A stretch of 64,000 nt of DNA from Okamejei kenojei (lineage: Eukaryota): the NCBI GenBank assembly GCA_035221665.1, contig CM069160.1, positions 22,382,001 to 22,446,000 of the forward strand, in the 5' to 3' direction. Below are positions 51,451 to 62,795 of this stretch, one piece after another. How positions within the stretch are numbered: the stretch's first letter is position 1; the number at the start of each line of letters is the position of its first letter. A program made the translations under genes and the position numbers. The notes under the pieces are model-generated. The model did not search any database, was not told the DNA's origin, and saw nothing but the letters and a program-made list of their open reading frames with translations.

Positions 51451-52163
51451 GCAAACGGCTGCAAGTTGAACTGTCCAAGAGTCGGCTGCGGATGCAACCT
51501 GGGATGGGTGAAAAAAACGGCTGTTTCCGGTGTGGTAAAGAAGGCCACTGGTCTAAAGAGTGTCCCAAAGATCAAGGTGGTCTCGAAAGCAGTTTTGATG
51601 GCAACTTCTCACGCGATTACCTAGATCCTTTTTCGATGACCGCGCGCCCCATAGCTGGGTATGGAGACCGCCCTCTATACGATGAGCGATACGGGGCTGC
51701 TGACTACTACGAAAAGTATCGGGCAGGATCATATGGAGCAGTCGGAGATCCTTATGGACAAACAGCACAATATGCGGCAGTTGGCTCTTCCATGCGAGAT
51801 CGTATCCCCGGTGCGGTAAACCTATACGAGCGGCGGCCATTGTCGACTCCCCCTGCATATTACGGTCGCGACAGGAGCCCTATACGACGGCAAGCGCCCA
51901 TGTCTGCTGTGGGCAGTGGATATGGGTTCGATCGCGGTGGGCTTTCTCCATCTGCGTATGACCATACCAATACTGACGCGAGGGATGCGTACGCTCCCGC
52001 TCAGTACTCTGCAGCTCCGTACTCAGCAGCTCAGTATACTGCCGCGCAGTATTCTGCTGCCCAATACTCTGCTGCCCAGTACTCAGCTGCTCAGTACTCT
52101 GCCGCGCAGTACTCTGCTGCTGCCGCCGCCCAGTATCCTCGTGCTCAGTACCCCACATACTAA
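51451..52163 (+). CDS. rbm4: RBM4 coding exon 3: end of RRM2, CCHC zinc knuckle, RDRSP motif, Ala/Tyr-rich C-terminus, stop
   Basis: Acceptor ctccttttaaag|. Phase 1 continues as GKRLQVELSKSRLRMQPGMG..GCFRCGKEGHWSKECP, later YYGRDRSPIRR. TAA at 52161-52163 followed by donor AAG|GTGAGG at 52170. Spliced CDS 105+307+713=1125 nt = 374 aa plus stop. Confidence 0.95.
51996..52154 (+). repeat. Coding 15-bp tandem repeat, (A/P/R)AQY(S/T/P) x10, in the RBM4 C-terminus
   Basis: PAQYS AAPYS AAQYT (AAQYS)x5 AAA AAQYP RAQYP read directly from the sequence. Confidence 0.95.
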
Positions 52164-52224
52164 CTTAAGGTGAGGATTGTTTAACATTGGTAATGTGTTT
52201 TTATTGTCATTGGCTGGTTTTGGG

Positions 52225-52693
52225 ATGGGTCCAGAGGAGGTTTACGAGAATGATGCTGGGGATGAATGCATTTATGTATGATGAGCGTTTGGTGGCTCTG
52301 AGCCTGTACTTGCTAGAGTTCAGCGGATGAGAGGGGATGGCATCGAAAACTACCGAATAATGAAAGGCCTGGATAGAGTGGATGCAGTAAGGATGTTTCC
52401 GTTAGTGAAAGATTCTTGGACCAGCGAGCACAGCCTTAAACTAAAAGGACGTACCTTTAGAAAGATTGGGTGGGATTTCTTAGCCTGTCGGTGGTGAATC
52501 TTGGAATTCATTGCCAATGATGGCTGTGGAGGCCAGGTCTTTTAATGACTTTTAAAGTGGAGATTGATAGGTTCTTGATTAGTTTGTGCCAAAGGTTACA
52601 GCAAGAAAAAAAGTGAGAGGGAAAGGGGTTCGCCATGATTGAATGGTGGCGTAGACGTGATAAGCTGAATGGCCCAATTCTGCTCCTATGTTT
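52225..52693 (+). mobile_element. Old CR1 3' fragment in RBM4 intron 3
   Basis: Degenerate VQRRFTRM...LYLLEF.RMRG...SLKLKG motifs and 3' UTR. Confidence 0.7.
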
Positions 52694-55225
52694 TATAAAG
52701 CTCTGGAACGCCAGCCTCCTATGGTACTCTATGAACATGAATTACAAAGCATCTGTTGGACACCATGCTGTGTGCCACGGTTTGCATATTATGACCCATG
52801 CAAAGGCTGCCATCATTGTGCATGGACTGTTGACAAGTCTGCACGGTTATGGTTTTGGCTGGCCTGGTGTGGAATCCTCACTTTCTTTTCCTACGAAGGA
52901 CAGAGCCTTGAGTTCCCATATGCCCACAGAAATGTTGCTGGGCCTTAATTTGCTGTAATATGGATTACCATATTATTGTCTTCCGACTGTTGGCCTGTGA
53001 TTCTGCATTTAAAAGTGCAGATCTGTTTCGTTACACTTGACACTGGTAAGCACTACATGCATTAACAGATATTTGATGCCAAATACATTCTGGAAGGCTA
53101 GTGATCCATACAGCCAGTGTTTTTTTTTTTTTTTTTTTGTCCCGTCCCCAGTCCAAGTTTTAATTTTTTTATCTTGACAAGAAAAATATAAGCACATTGC
53201 CTCATCGTGTAGGATGCTATTAGGTTAGAACATGTAAGAGTATGTGACAAAATTCTGGTAGTGGTAGACTGATGGGGTGAGGTCTGTTTTAGAACTGAAC
53301 TGTGGGAGAGAAGGGATTGACAGGAGGAAAGGATCTACCCTGATATAAACCGAGTAAAAGTTGGAGAGTGCACAAGACAAGAAGGAGCGGGGAGGCCAAA
53401 CAGAAGCTAGGGTCTGAGAATAGGAGCAGAGCATTATGCTCGTCTTCGGCAAAGCCCATTGAGCTTTAATTAAACAGTGCTCTGTGTCACTAATCTAGAT
53501 CAGTGCAATTTGCGGAACCGTTTGTGACTCCAGTGATGGATTGCACAAGAAAACCAATTAATATATTATATCTTTATCGCAACTGAAACTCTCATTCCAA
53601 TGATACGGGAATATGATTGGGTGTATTTAATTATTTGTCTTCCATCACTAGCAGAGATGTTCCAAGCTCAGTTATCATGCCTGATTTTCCTCGGGGTGAG
53701 GTTAATTCGCAGCATGGAATCTGACCCTTCCCATATCTCTCCATTTCCATGCTGCAATAAACTAGTTGGTCAGTCGTGAGAATATTTAAGAGAGAAGCAA
53801 AGGAAACCTTTGGTGCGGGTTGGGTAAGGTAATGAAGTATATGCCAACTGTTTTCCCAGGCAGTTTCTTGCAGTGAAACACAAGGACAGATAACTGCACC
53901 TCAATGAAGCAAAAGAATCTTACTAAATTTCAACAAATTGTGTGCATCACAATCATTAGGACTAGAGTTAATAAAGATCAAGACACAAACACAGTTTTCT
54001 GGAAAGTTGAAATGGGATTTGTAATTTTTGTGATTTTTTTTTGTGGTGGTCGATTCTATCTAGTCATAATGTAAATACCCTTCTGAGAAAGGTGACACCT
54101 TTGTACCACCATTTCAATCTAGCGTTTCCTATTAAGTTTTATTCATTATAGAGAGGCAGTTGGATGCATGCTGTAGTCACATTTTGTATGGACATATACT
54201 TTTAGACTTGTATGAGAAACTGATCAGGAAATCAATAGTCAATTCGCATTCATTGAGCTACATATGGGATACACACTGTAAAATGTCGTCCCAGTTTGTT
54301 ACCTAGTACAAAGATGGTGATGGCATCAAAGAATAAGCCCTGGAAGGTGTATCTGACAGACGTTGCTGCTGTTCAATCCATTCAGCATATTGTTAGTACT
54401 TCCATTCTTTGTATTTGGGGGCTAATTGTTTGGCTAAGAGTCTGTAAGCTTGGACAAGAAATGTATCCCAGAGGCCACTTGTACCAGGTAACAGAATAAG
54501 TGTTCACTTTTTTCCATACAGTACTGTGAGGTTTCGGGTACCCTCTCTGCTGATTAAGTGGACTTTAATTCCACAAATCAGTTGATGATGTTAGAGTTAC
54601 TCCAAATTTGATTGCGTAGAAGTAGTGTCACTTCAGTAGTGCAAAAAAATTGAAGTGCCTCTGGTACCTCCAAAAATCTGCTAAATCTACACCGATCGAG
54701 CCTCTACCTTTGTTGTGAAGTCAGCTTTATTTGCTAGATAAATGAATCCTGCTAGAGTGGCTGCATTTTTTTTTTTTTTTTGGGTAGCTGATGTACTTGT
54801 ATCCAGTTTTTAATAACCTTGAATTGGGAGATTCAATATTATCTTTCGTTGTACAGACATATGACAATGCACCAACCAGCCTCGGTTAAGTTTTGTAAAA
54901 AAAAAAGTATATTTGTTGTCAATTACCTTTTTTTTGCTATTTACTGAACCGTGAAGTCAAAGATCCAAATAGTGAGGCGTGTTGCTCTATTAACAGCAAG
55001 AGGTCCCTTTTCCAGACACTGGGAGGGGTGGTCGTTGATATGCTACGCAGGTTTTGAGTCTTGGATAGCAGGTATTCGGACTGCTTCCTGGCCATGTGTA
55101 CGGTGCAACTGATCGAATGTCACTAACGTAAATCAAGATGTGGTTGTGTCCCACTTGCAGTCGCTGCTTGGGTACCACAAGGTTCAGACTAGACTTGTTG
55201 GCAGGTCGAGATCAGGATTATTGAT

Positions 55226-56358
55226 AAGCATTTGATAAGGTCCCACATAGGGGATTAGTGGAAAAATTAGGGCACATGGTAATGGGGGTATAGTGCTGAC
55301 AGGGATAGAAAATTGGTTGGCAGACAGGAAACAAAGAGTAGGGGATAACAGGTCCCTTTCAGAATGACAGGCAAGTAACTAGTGGGGTACTGCAAGGCTC
55401 GGTGCTGGGACTGTAGCCATTTACAATATGTATTATGATTTAGATGAAGGAATTACAAGTAACATTAGCAAATTTGCAGATAACACAAAGCTGGGTGGCA
55501 GTGCGAACTGTGAGGAGGATGCTATGAGAATCTCGGTTGACTTGGACAGGTTGGGTGAGTGGGCAGATGCAGTTTCATATGGATAAATGTGAGGTTATCC
55601 ACTTCGGTTGCAAAAACAGGAAGGCAGATTATCTAAATGGTGTCAAATTGGGAAAAGGGGAAGTACACGGGATTTGGGGGTCCTTGTTCATCAGTCAATG
55701 AAAGTAAGCATGCAGGTACACCAGGCAGTGAGAAACCGAATGGCATGTTGGCCTTTATAACAAGAGGAGTTGAGTATAGGAGCAATGTGGTCCTACTGCA
55801 GTGCATAGGGCCCTAGTGAAACCACACCAGCAGTATTGTGTGCAGTTTTGGTCCCCTAATTTGAGGAAGGACATTCTTGCAATTGAGGGAGTGCAGCATA
55901 GATTTACAAGGTTAATTCCCGGGATGGCGGTACTGTCATATGGTGAGAGAATGGAGAGGCTGCGCTTGTATGCTCTGGAGTTTAGAGGGATGAGAGGGGA
56001 TTTTATTGAAACGTATAAGATTATTAAGGGTTTGGACACGCTGGAGGCAGGAAACATGATCACGATGTTGGGGGAGTCCAGAACCAGGGGCCGCAGTTTA
56101 AGAGTAAGGGGTAAGCGATTTAGAACGAAGACGAGGAAATACTTTCGTCACAGAGAGTTGTGAGTCTGAGGAATTCTCTGCCTCAGAGGCCGTTTCACTG
56201 GATACATTCAAGAGAGCTAGATAGGGCTCTTAAAGTCGGGGGATATGGGGAGAAGGCAGGAACGGGGTACTGATTGGGGATGATCAGCCATGATCACATT
56301 AAATGGCGGTGCTGGCTCGAAGGGCCGAATGGCCTACTCCTGCACCTATTGTCTATTA
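55226..56358 (+). mobile_element. CR1 RT/3' fragment in RBM4 intron 3
   Basis: AFDKVPH...KFADNTKLGG...YCVQFWSPNLRKD and a (tattgtc) tail. Similar to 22760-23912. Confidence 0.9.
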
Positions 56359-56460
56359 TAGAGTCCTCTTCTTAGTAACATATTATGAGTGGTATGCACC
56401 TGTGTGGCGGAGAGTTCAAGGCTTGTTTTTAATCAATCTGCACTGTCCCTTCTTTCGCAG

Positions 56461-56785
56461 GTTTGCTTTGCATCGTGACGAGAGCCGCGGGTCCCCTTGG
56501 TACGTGCAGAAACTCGGGTCATATCTTTTGCTTGTTGGTTTTAGCGTGGACAAATGTTAGTGCAACACTAACTCTTAAAATATCGGTGTTAATTAGCTGC
56601 TGACTCATCTACTCACCAAATTGTGAGCGTTATTTTAAAAAATCTTTTTGGTTTTAATTTTTCTCTCTGGGTTTCATTTTGTGTTCAGCAGAAATGACTC
56701 GCGTAATTGTGAAGAATTTAAATCTGAAGCATTTGGATTTTCTGTAATGCGATTTACAATAAACAATCAGTATTCAGCCTGAGCG
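56461..56785 (+). other. rbm4: Probable non-coding terminal (3' UTR) exon of RBM4
   Basis: Strong acceptor ctgtcccttctttcgcag|G, non-repeat sequence, AATAAA at 56758-56763 followed by GT-rich sequence. Fits the donor 6 nt after the stop codon and the known RBM4 layout with a separate UTR exon. Confidence 0.65.
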
Positions 56786-57079
56786 TGTTGCGTCCGAGTT
56801 AATCTTTAAAACTGACCTGTAAAGGTATTCAGTGGTATCTTTGTCAGATTTATTAATGCACAGTCTCACCTGGTGGTATGTACGTTGGGGCTTACCATCT
56901 ATGCAGGGGTTTGCGATCAACTTCTATGGTGGCGTGCTGTCGACTTAGATTTTTCGAAGTAAAGACGAGGACGAAGTATGTTATAGTTAATTCTGCCGCT
57001 TGCTGCACCTTTCCAGCAACATGAACTCGTTGAACTGTTGTCTGCTCTAACAAATTTCAGAATAATTTGCTGTGGTTCC

Positions 57080-57985
57080 TAGTCAAAGTCAAGTCAAAGT
57101 TTATTGTCATGTGTCCCTGACAGGACAATGAAATTCTTCCTTTGCTTAGCACAACAAAACATAGTAGGCATTGACTACAAAACAGATCCGTGTGTCCATA
57201 TACCATTATATACGTAAATACACACATGAATAGATAAATTGATCAAGTGCAAATAACAGATAAAGGGGTATTAATGTTCAGAGTTTTGTCCAAGACAAGT
57301 TTAATAGCCTGATGGCTGTGGGGAAGTAGCTATTCCTGAACCTGGTCATTGCAGTCTTCAACCTCCTGTACCTTCTACCTGAAGGTAGCAAGAGGATGTG
57401 TGTGTGGCCAGGATGGTGTGGGTCCTTGATGATGATGCCAGCCTTTTTGAGGCAGCGACTGAGATAGATCCCCTCGATGGAAGCGAGGTCAGAGTCGATG
57501 ATGGATTGGGCAGTGTTTACTACTTTTTGTAGGCTTTTCCTCTCCAGGGCGCTCAAGTTGCCGAACCAAGCCACGATGCAACCGGTCAGCATGCTCTCTA
57601 CTGTGCACCTGTAGAAGTTAGAGAGAATCCTCCTTGACAAACCGACTCTCCGTAATCTCAGGAAGTAGAGGCGCTGATGAGCTTTCTTAATAATTGCATC
57701 GGTGTTCTCGGACCAGGAAAGATCTTCAGAGATGTGCACGCCTAGGAATTTGAAGCTCTTGACCCTTTCAACCATCGAACCATTGATATAAACAGGACTA
57801 CTTCCAAAGTCAACAATCAGTTCCTTGGTTTTGCTGGTGTTGAGGGCCAGGTTATTGTGCTGGCACCATATGGACAGTTGCTCAATCTCTCTTCTATACT
57901 CTGACTCATCCCTATCAGTGATACGTCCCACAACAGTAGTGTCGTCGGCGAACTTGATGATGGATTTCGCACTGAGACCGGCACG
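57080..57985 (-). mobile_element. Rex1/Babar-clade LINE 3' fragment
   Basis: KFADD, WCQHNNLALNTSKTKELIVDF, FKFLGVHISEDLSW, KKAHQRLYFLR, LLPSGRRYR, RFRNSYFPTAIRLLN, with (tgact)n tail. Confidence 0.87.
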
Positions 57986-60132
57986 GTAGAATAGCCTTTG
58001 ACCGGCTACTCATCATTAGGCTGCAAGCTAGAGTGTGTGTATGTGTGTGAGACTGTTTTCCTCATGAAGAATGGTTGGTCAGGTATGCGAGATGGACTCC
58101 AGCTTAGAAAATGAGGAGAGGACAGTGCAATTTTATTTCTGCTCATTTTTAGTGTGGGTGGTCATCACTGACACAATAGGGCAATTCACTGGGTTATTCC
58201 TGAGATTACAATCAAGGCTTAAGGTTGTTAAAAGCAAAATATGACAGATTATATAAATCTGAAATAAAAACAAGACTGCTCAACCGAATTAGGCAGGGAG
58301 ATCACATTTGACAGATATCAAATGTGCAAAGTCCAAAGACTTTCAGTGCTCAATGGGAGGAATTGGCAGTTTTCGTTTTCCATTGTGTGGATTAATCTTT
58401 TCAAAGTGAATTTTTATTTCTATGTTTCCTGATAATTAGTTAGTTTGGTAAGTTAAGTGCATACCTGCAAATTAGGGCCGCACAGTGGTGGAATTGCGGC
58501 CTTACAGCGCCAGAGACCCTTGTTCGATCCTGACTATGGGTGCCGACTGTACGGAGTTTCGTATGTTCTCCCTGTGCTAAAATTGGAGAATTGAATGTTT
58601 GTACCGTTGGGTTCTAAGCTACCCAAGTAGAATATGAGGTGCTGTACCTCCAGCTTGCTTGTAGCCTCACTGGAAATGGAAGCGGCCCAGTAGAGAGAGA
58701 GGTCTGTATGGAAGGCGAGTTAAAATGGTAGAAACAGGAAGGTCCAACAGGTGTGCTAACTTAATTTTAGGCTCTATAAGTGGTATCAGCCTTGACTAAA
58801 ATATGGACTGTACTGTGTTCATGCTCAAAGCTTGACAGATGGCTGAGTAGAGCTTTCAGTGAAATATCAATTTCGGAGTTATAATGGAACTTATGGCTAT
58901 TTTCGCAGCAGAGAAGCATGGGTGATGTTCTGGATGTCGTACTTAAAACCAAAGTAAATAATGTCTGGTGATGTTCCAGATATCATACTTAAAAGCACAG
59001 TAAATTAATTAAAATCATAGTCATACAGCATGGAAACATACCCTTTGACCCAACTTGCTCTTGCCGACCAAGATGCTCCATCTACACTAGTCCCAGCTGT
59101 CCCAGTTTGGCCTATTTCCCGCTAAACCTTACCTGTCCATGGACTGGTTAACAAACAACACAATAACAATAAAATAAACACCTGTCCAAATGTGTTTTTG
59201 TTTCTTTTTGATAATTATTCTCCTGAAAATGATTTGACAGGTGCTTTATAATGATGTTTTTGGATATCGGGCAAAGCCGCATACATCACCTCCACCTAAT
59301 TTCTGCTGAAAGTGAAGGAGGCTAAACACATATTTGATCTGCTAAAATCTACGGGTGAAAGTGGAGACACGAGGAGCTGCAGATGCTGGTTTACAAAAAA
59401 AAGACACAAGGTGCCGGCGTAACTCCGCGGGTTAGGCAGCACCTCTGGAGCACAAGGATAAGTGATGTTTTCAGCTCGGGACTCTTCGTCAGACTGCTCT
59501 GAAAGTGCTCTTGCAACGTTGCTGAAACTTTATTGTTGTTGTCTGTTTGCGTTGTTAAAAGCAAAGCTTAAACTTCATGTCCAATCCTAGATTCTCTGAG
59601 TAGGTTGTGGATCTTCTGTTTGATTTTTCGGGAAGATTTAGGAGTCAACCACGTTGCGTCACCGGAATCAATCTAGCCTAAGATGGGTAAGGACGGTGTT
59701 TTTACTTATCTCAATGGTGCAGTTTGTTTTGATTGAAAGGCTGCTGTAGTGATAACTCATTTCCCGGCTTTGATTTGAGTAATTTCACCATCAGTCAATC
59801 TAGTGACTGAACTGTTCCAACCAAACCGAGTCCCATTGTTACACATTATACATGCGTCTACCACTCACAATCGGTTTCAGGGGAAATTAGTTTGCTCTAT
59901 GTGAAGCAAAAACTTTTGTCATGGATTCAGTGTCCTTCACACATCATGGGCTTGCTTTCTGAGTAAATTGCCTGCTTATTGAGGATACTTTTAGGTTTCT
60001 GTCTTGCCACTGTATCATTGGTTGATGCAGTGTTGTCAGCAAGGTTCCTTTCTGAAAGTCCAACACTTTGCTTGACACTTTGTCAGTGATTATTTATAGA
60101 TTCTCTCATATAATAAACTAATAAACCAAGTA

Positions 60133-60430
60133 AGGGGCGGCACGGTGGCACAGCGGTAGAGTTGCTTCCTTGCAGCGCCAGGGAGCCGAGTATGATCCCG
60201 ATGACAGTTGCTGTGTGTATGGAGTTTGTGTGTTCTCCCTGTAACCGCATTGGTTTTCTCCGGGATCTTCGGTTTCCTCCCACGCTCCAAAGATTTACAG
60301 GCTAGTAGGTTAATTGGCTTTAGTTGTATACTTGGTATAAGTGTAAATTATCCCTAGTGTGTGTGTGGGATTGTGCTAATATGCGGGAATCACTGGTCGG
60401 CACGGACTCGGGTCCGCTCTGTATCTAAAA
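60133..60430 (+). mobile_element. tRNA-derived SINE (HE1-like); related copies at 63055-63330 (minus), 58475-58580 and 50470-50780 (minus)
   Basis: A-box tggcacagcgg, degenerate B-box, central tggagtttg..gttctccctgt..ccggtttcctccca core, and a 3' tail ggtcggcacggactcgg shared with the CR1 3' end. Confidence 0.8.
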
Positions 60431-61593
60431 TCTTAAAAAAACACTAAACTCAGTTAGTTCACAAAGTGACATCTAAACTTGCTTTCTTCTAGCTACAGTT
60501 ACTACATAAACTTTTATGCAGCTGTGAGAAAGCAAATTGAAAAGTTGTTCCAAGTCAGAGTGGCAATAACAAGGAGATGAATGTGGACATGGAGGGCATT
60601 GGCTCCCTTGTCCTTCCATATGGTTTGGAAGGTCCTGTGAATGAAATGTCAGTTAATCCTGTTATGTCAGTTAATCCTGTCGATATGCTGCAGACATGCT
60701 GTACAGTGAGAGATGGGTGAATAGTTAAGCTACTGGACTGCATACAAGTGAGACAAACCATGATATCCTGGGATGACACGAGCCACACGTGTTTCTGTGG
60801 ACATTAAATAAGTGGAGACTATTCCATCACAAAGCTAACTTGCAGCTGGGTTTTGGTGAAGTAAACAATTTCAATATATTTTAATCTCAAAGCCGTTAAT
60901 AGCTCTTGTAACTTGATGTAGGCATCTCTGCAAAAGATGCTTGGCTTGCATGAAACAGCCATGCAGAAATAGTTTTCTCACACGTCTAAGAAGTCTAAAC
61001 ATAAGATATAATAAAATCAAAAGATATCTTTGCATTAAATAATCATAGTGTAGCTCCTTTAGATTTTAGTGTTTTTTTTTTTTTCTTTGTTTTTTCAAGA
61101 AATCAAGCAAGCAACCTGGAATGTTGGGACAGCGAAAAATGCCGGCTGGCCTAAGTGATCAATATTAATTATGGCTAACTTTGATTTGTTATCTCTTTCA
61201 AGGTTGTCATCCGGCTTCTTTCTTGCTGGTCCCAGCACACACAGAGTTAAAATTGGTTTCTGCTGCCAGTTCTTGCAAGCTGAGGAATATGCATTATTTT
61301 CTGGTAAGCAAGATATCTGCTTTACATCTGACATTTGCTGTTCACTGGTGGTAAAAGGGAGTTTAATATGCAATTGTTTAATTTGGAGCAATTGAGGATT
61401 CATTATCAACTTGCACCGTTAATAGTCAACTGCACTGACGTAATAACCAGGTACCTCAAATTAAGCATGGATGAGAAATTCATCCTTTTCAGAGTATTGG
61501 AAGAACTAATTTCTTCCAATCCCTTTTCAGTTACATGCATTATACTGGGCTGTTAATAAATCACTTTGGCTTAACTTGGGTGTTGGTCTAAAT

Positions 61594-62340
61594 CAGGGGT
61601 CGGCAACCTATGACCCGCGGGCCAGATCTGGCCCGTAATCCGAGATCATCCGGCCTGCAGGGAAGAGGGAGAGGGAGGGGGGTAGAGGGATGGGGAATAG
61701 AGGGGGGGGGGGGAGAGAGGGGACGGGGGGGGAGGGAGGGGATGAGGGGGAGGGAGGTAGAGACCCCACCGCTTCTCCTCGTTTCCCTCCTACACCTCCC
61801 CTCATCCCGTTCCCTGCCCCCGGACCTACGCAGGTGATAGAGAAGCTCTCGGGCGTGGACAGCTTGGGAGCCCATTGTGATTGGTGCACTGTGAGAGGCA
61901 CCCTGCTTGAGAGCCCATTGTTACGGTTGGCAACGGTCATTGTGGCAGTCGGCAGGCAGCTTGAGAGCCCATTCAGATCAATGTCCCATTCTGAGAGCCC
62001 AACGGTACATTGTGAGGCATTGTGACATCATCACTGGACGCTCTCTGAGAAAGCGGTTTTGCCTTTTTTTGAAACTTTAAATCATGAAATATAAGTCGGA
62101 ATGCGACGGGAAGATGTTTATCGCTTCGGCAGGAAACATGAGTAGAATATGTGAAAATGGGCAGGCTGGGGCGTAGCGTTTGGAAGAAGATAGGAAAAAG
62201 CAGAGCATAGTGACATTGCCAGCACAAACAAAGAGTTTCAGTAATATAGATGACGATAGATGTAGCCCTCCATCCGCTCACAGCATGGGTCCTGGCCCGT
62301 ATGCAGAACAAGGGGTCCTGGCCCATATGCAGAACCCCTG
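61594..62340. mobile_element. hAT-Charlie-type MITE
   Basis: Ends CAGGGGTCGGCAA ... GCAGAACCCCTG. 8-bp TSD gtctaaat (61586-93) / ctctaaat (62341-48), fitting the Charlie NTCTARAN target preference. Confidence 0.82.
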
Positions 62341-62519
62341 CTCTAAATCCTGTGGCTACATCTTGCCCCTTACTACCATGAACACCCTCTTGAATGATTG
62401 TTTTGAAGAATAGGTGTATTTGAATAGATCAAGGGGGGAAATAGCTTGCTTCACGATTTCAAGAAGTGGAAAACGACAAGGTTGCTGTGAAAATTGTTTA
62501 TTGGATCGGCTCATTGTTG

Positions 62520-62795
62520 GAGTGTAGAACAGTCCAGCTCAGGAATGGGCTGTTTGGCCACATTTGTGCTGAACATGATGCCAAGTTAAACTAATCTCAT
62601 CTGCCTGTGCATGATCCGTATCCCTATATTCCCTGCAGTTCCATGTGCCTATCTAAAAGTCTCTTAAACACCACTATTGTATCTGTCTCCACCATCACCC
62701 CTGATTATGTATTCCAGGCCTTTACACTCTGTAGTGTAAAAAAGATTGTCCTGCACATCTCCATTAAACTTTTTCTTCTCTCACCTTATAGCTAT
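62520..62795 (-). mobile_element. Old CR1-type 3' end
   Basis: Degenerate ...ccatatccc...atgtgcctatctaaaagtctcttaaa...gcctccacc 3' UTR. Confidence 0.6.

Noticed and set aside
60140-60205. tRNA gene
   Set aside because: A/B-box-like head of a SINE; no cloverleaf, and it continues into SINE core sequence.
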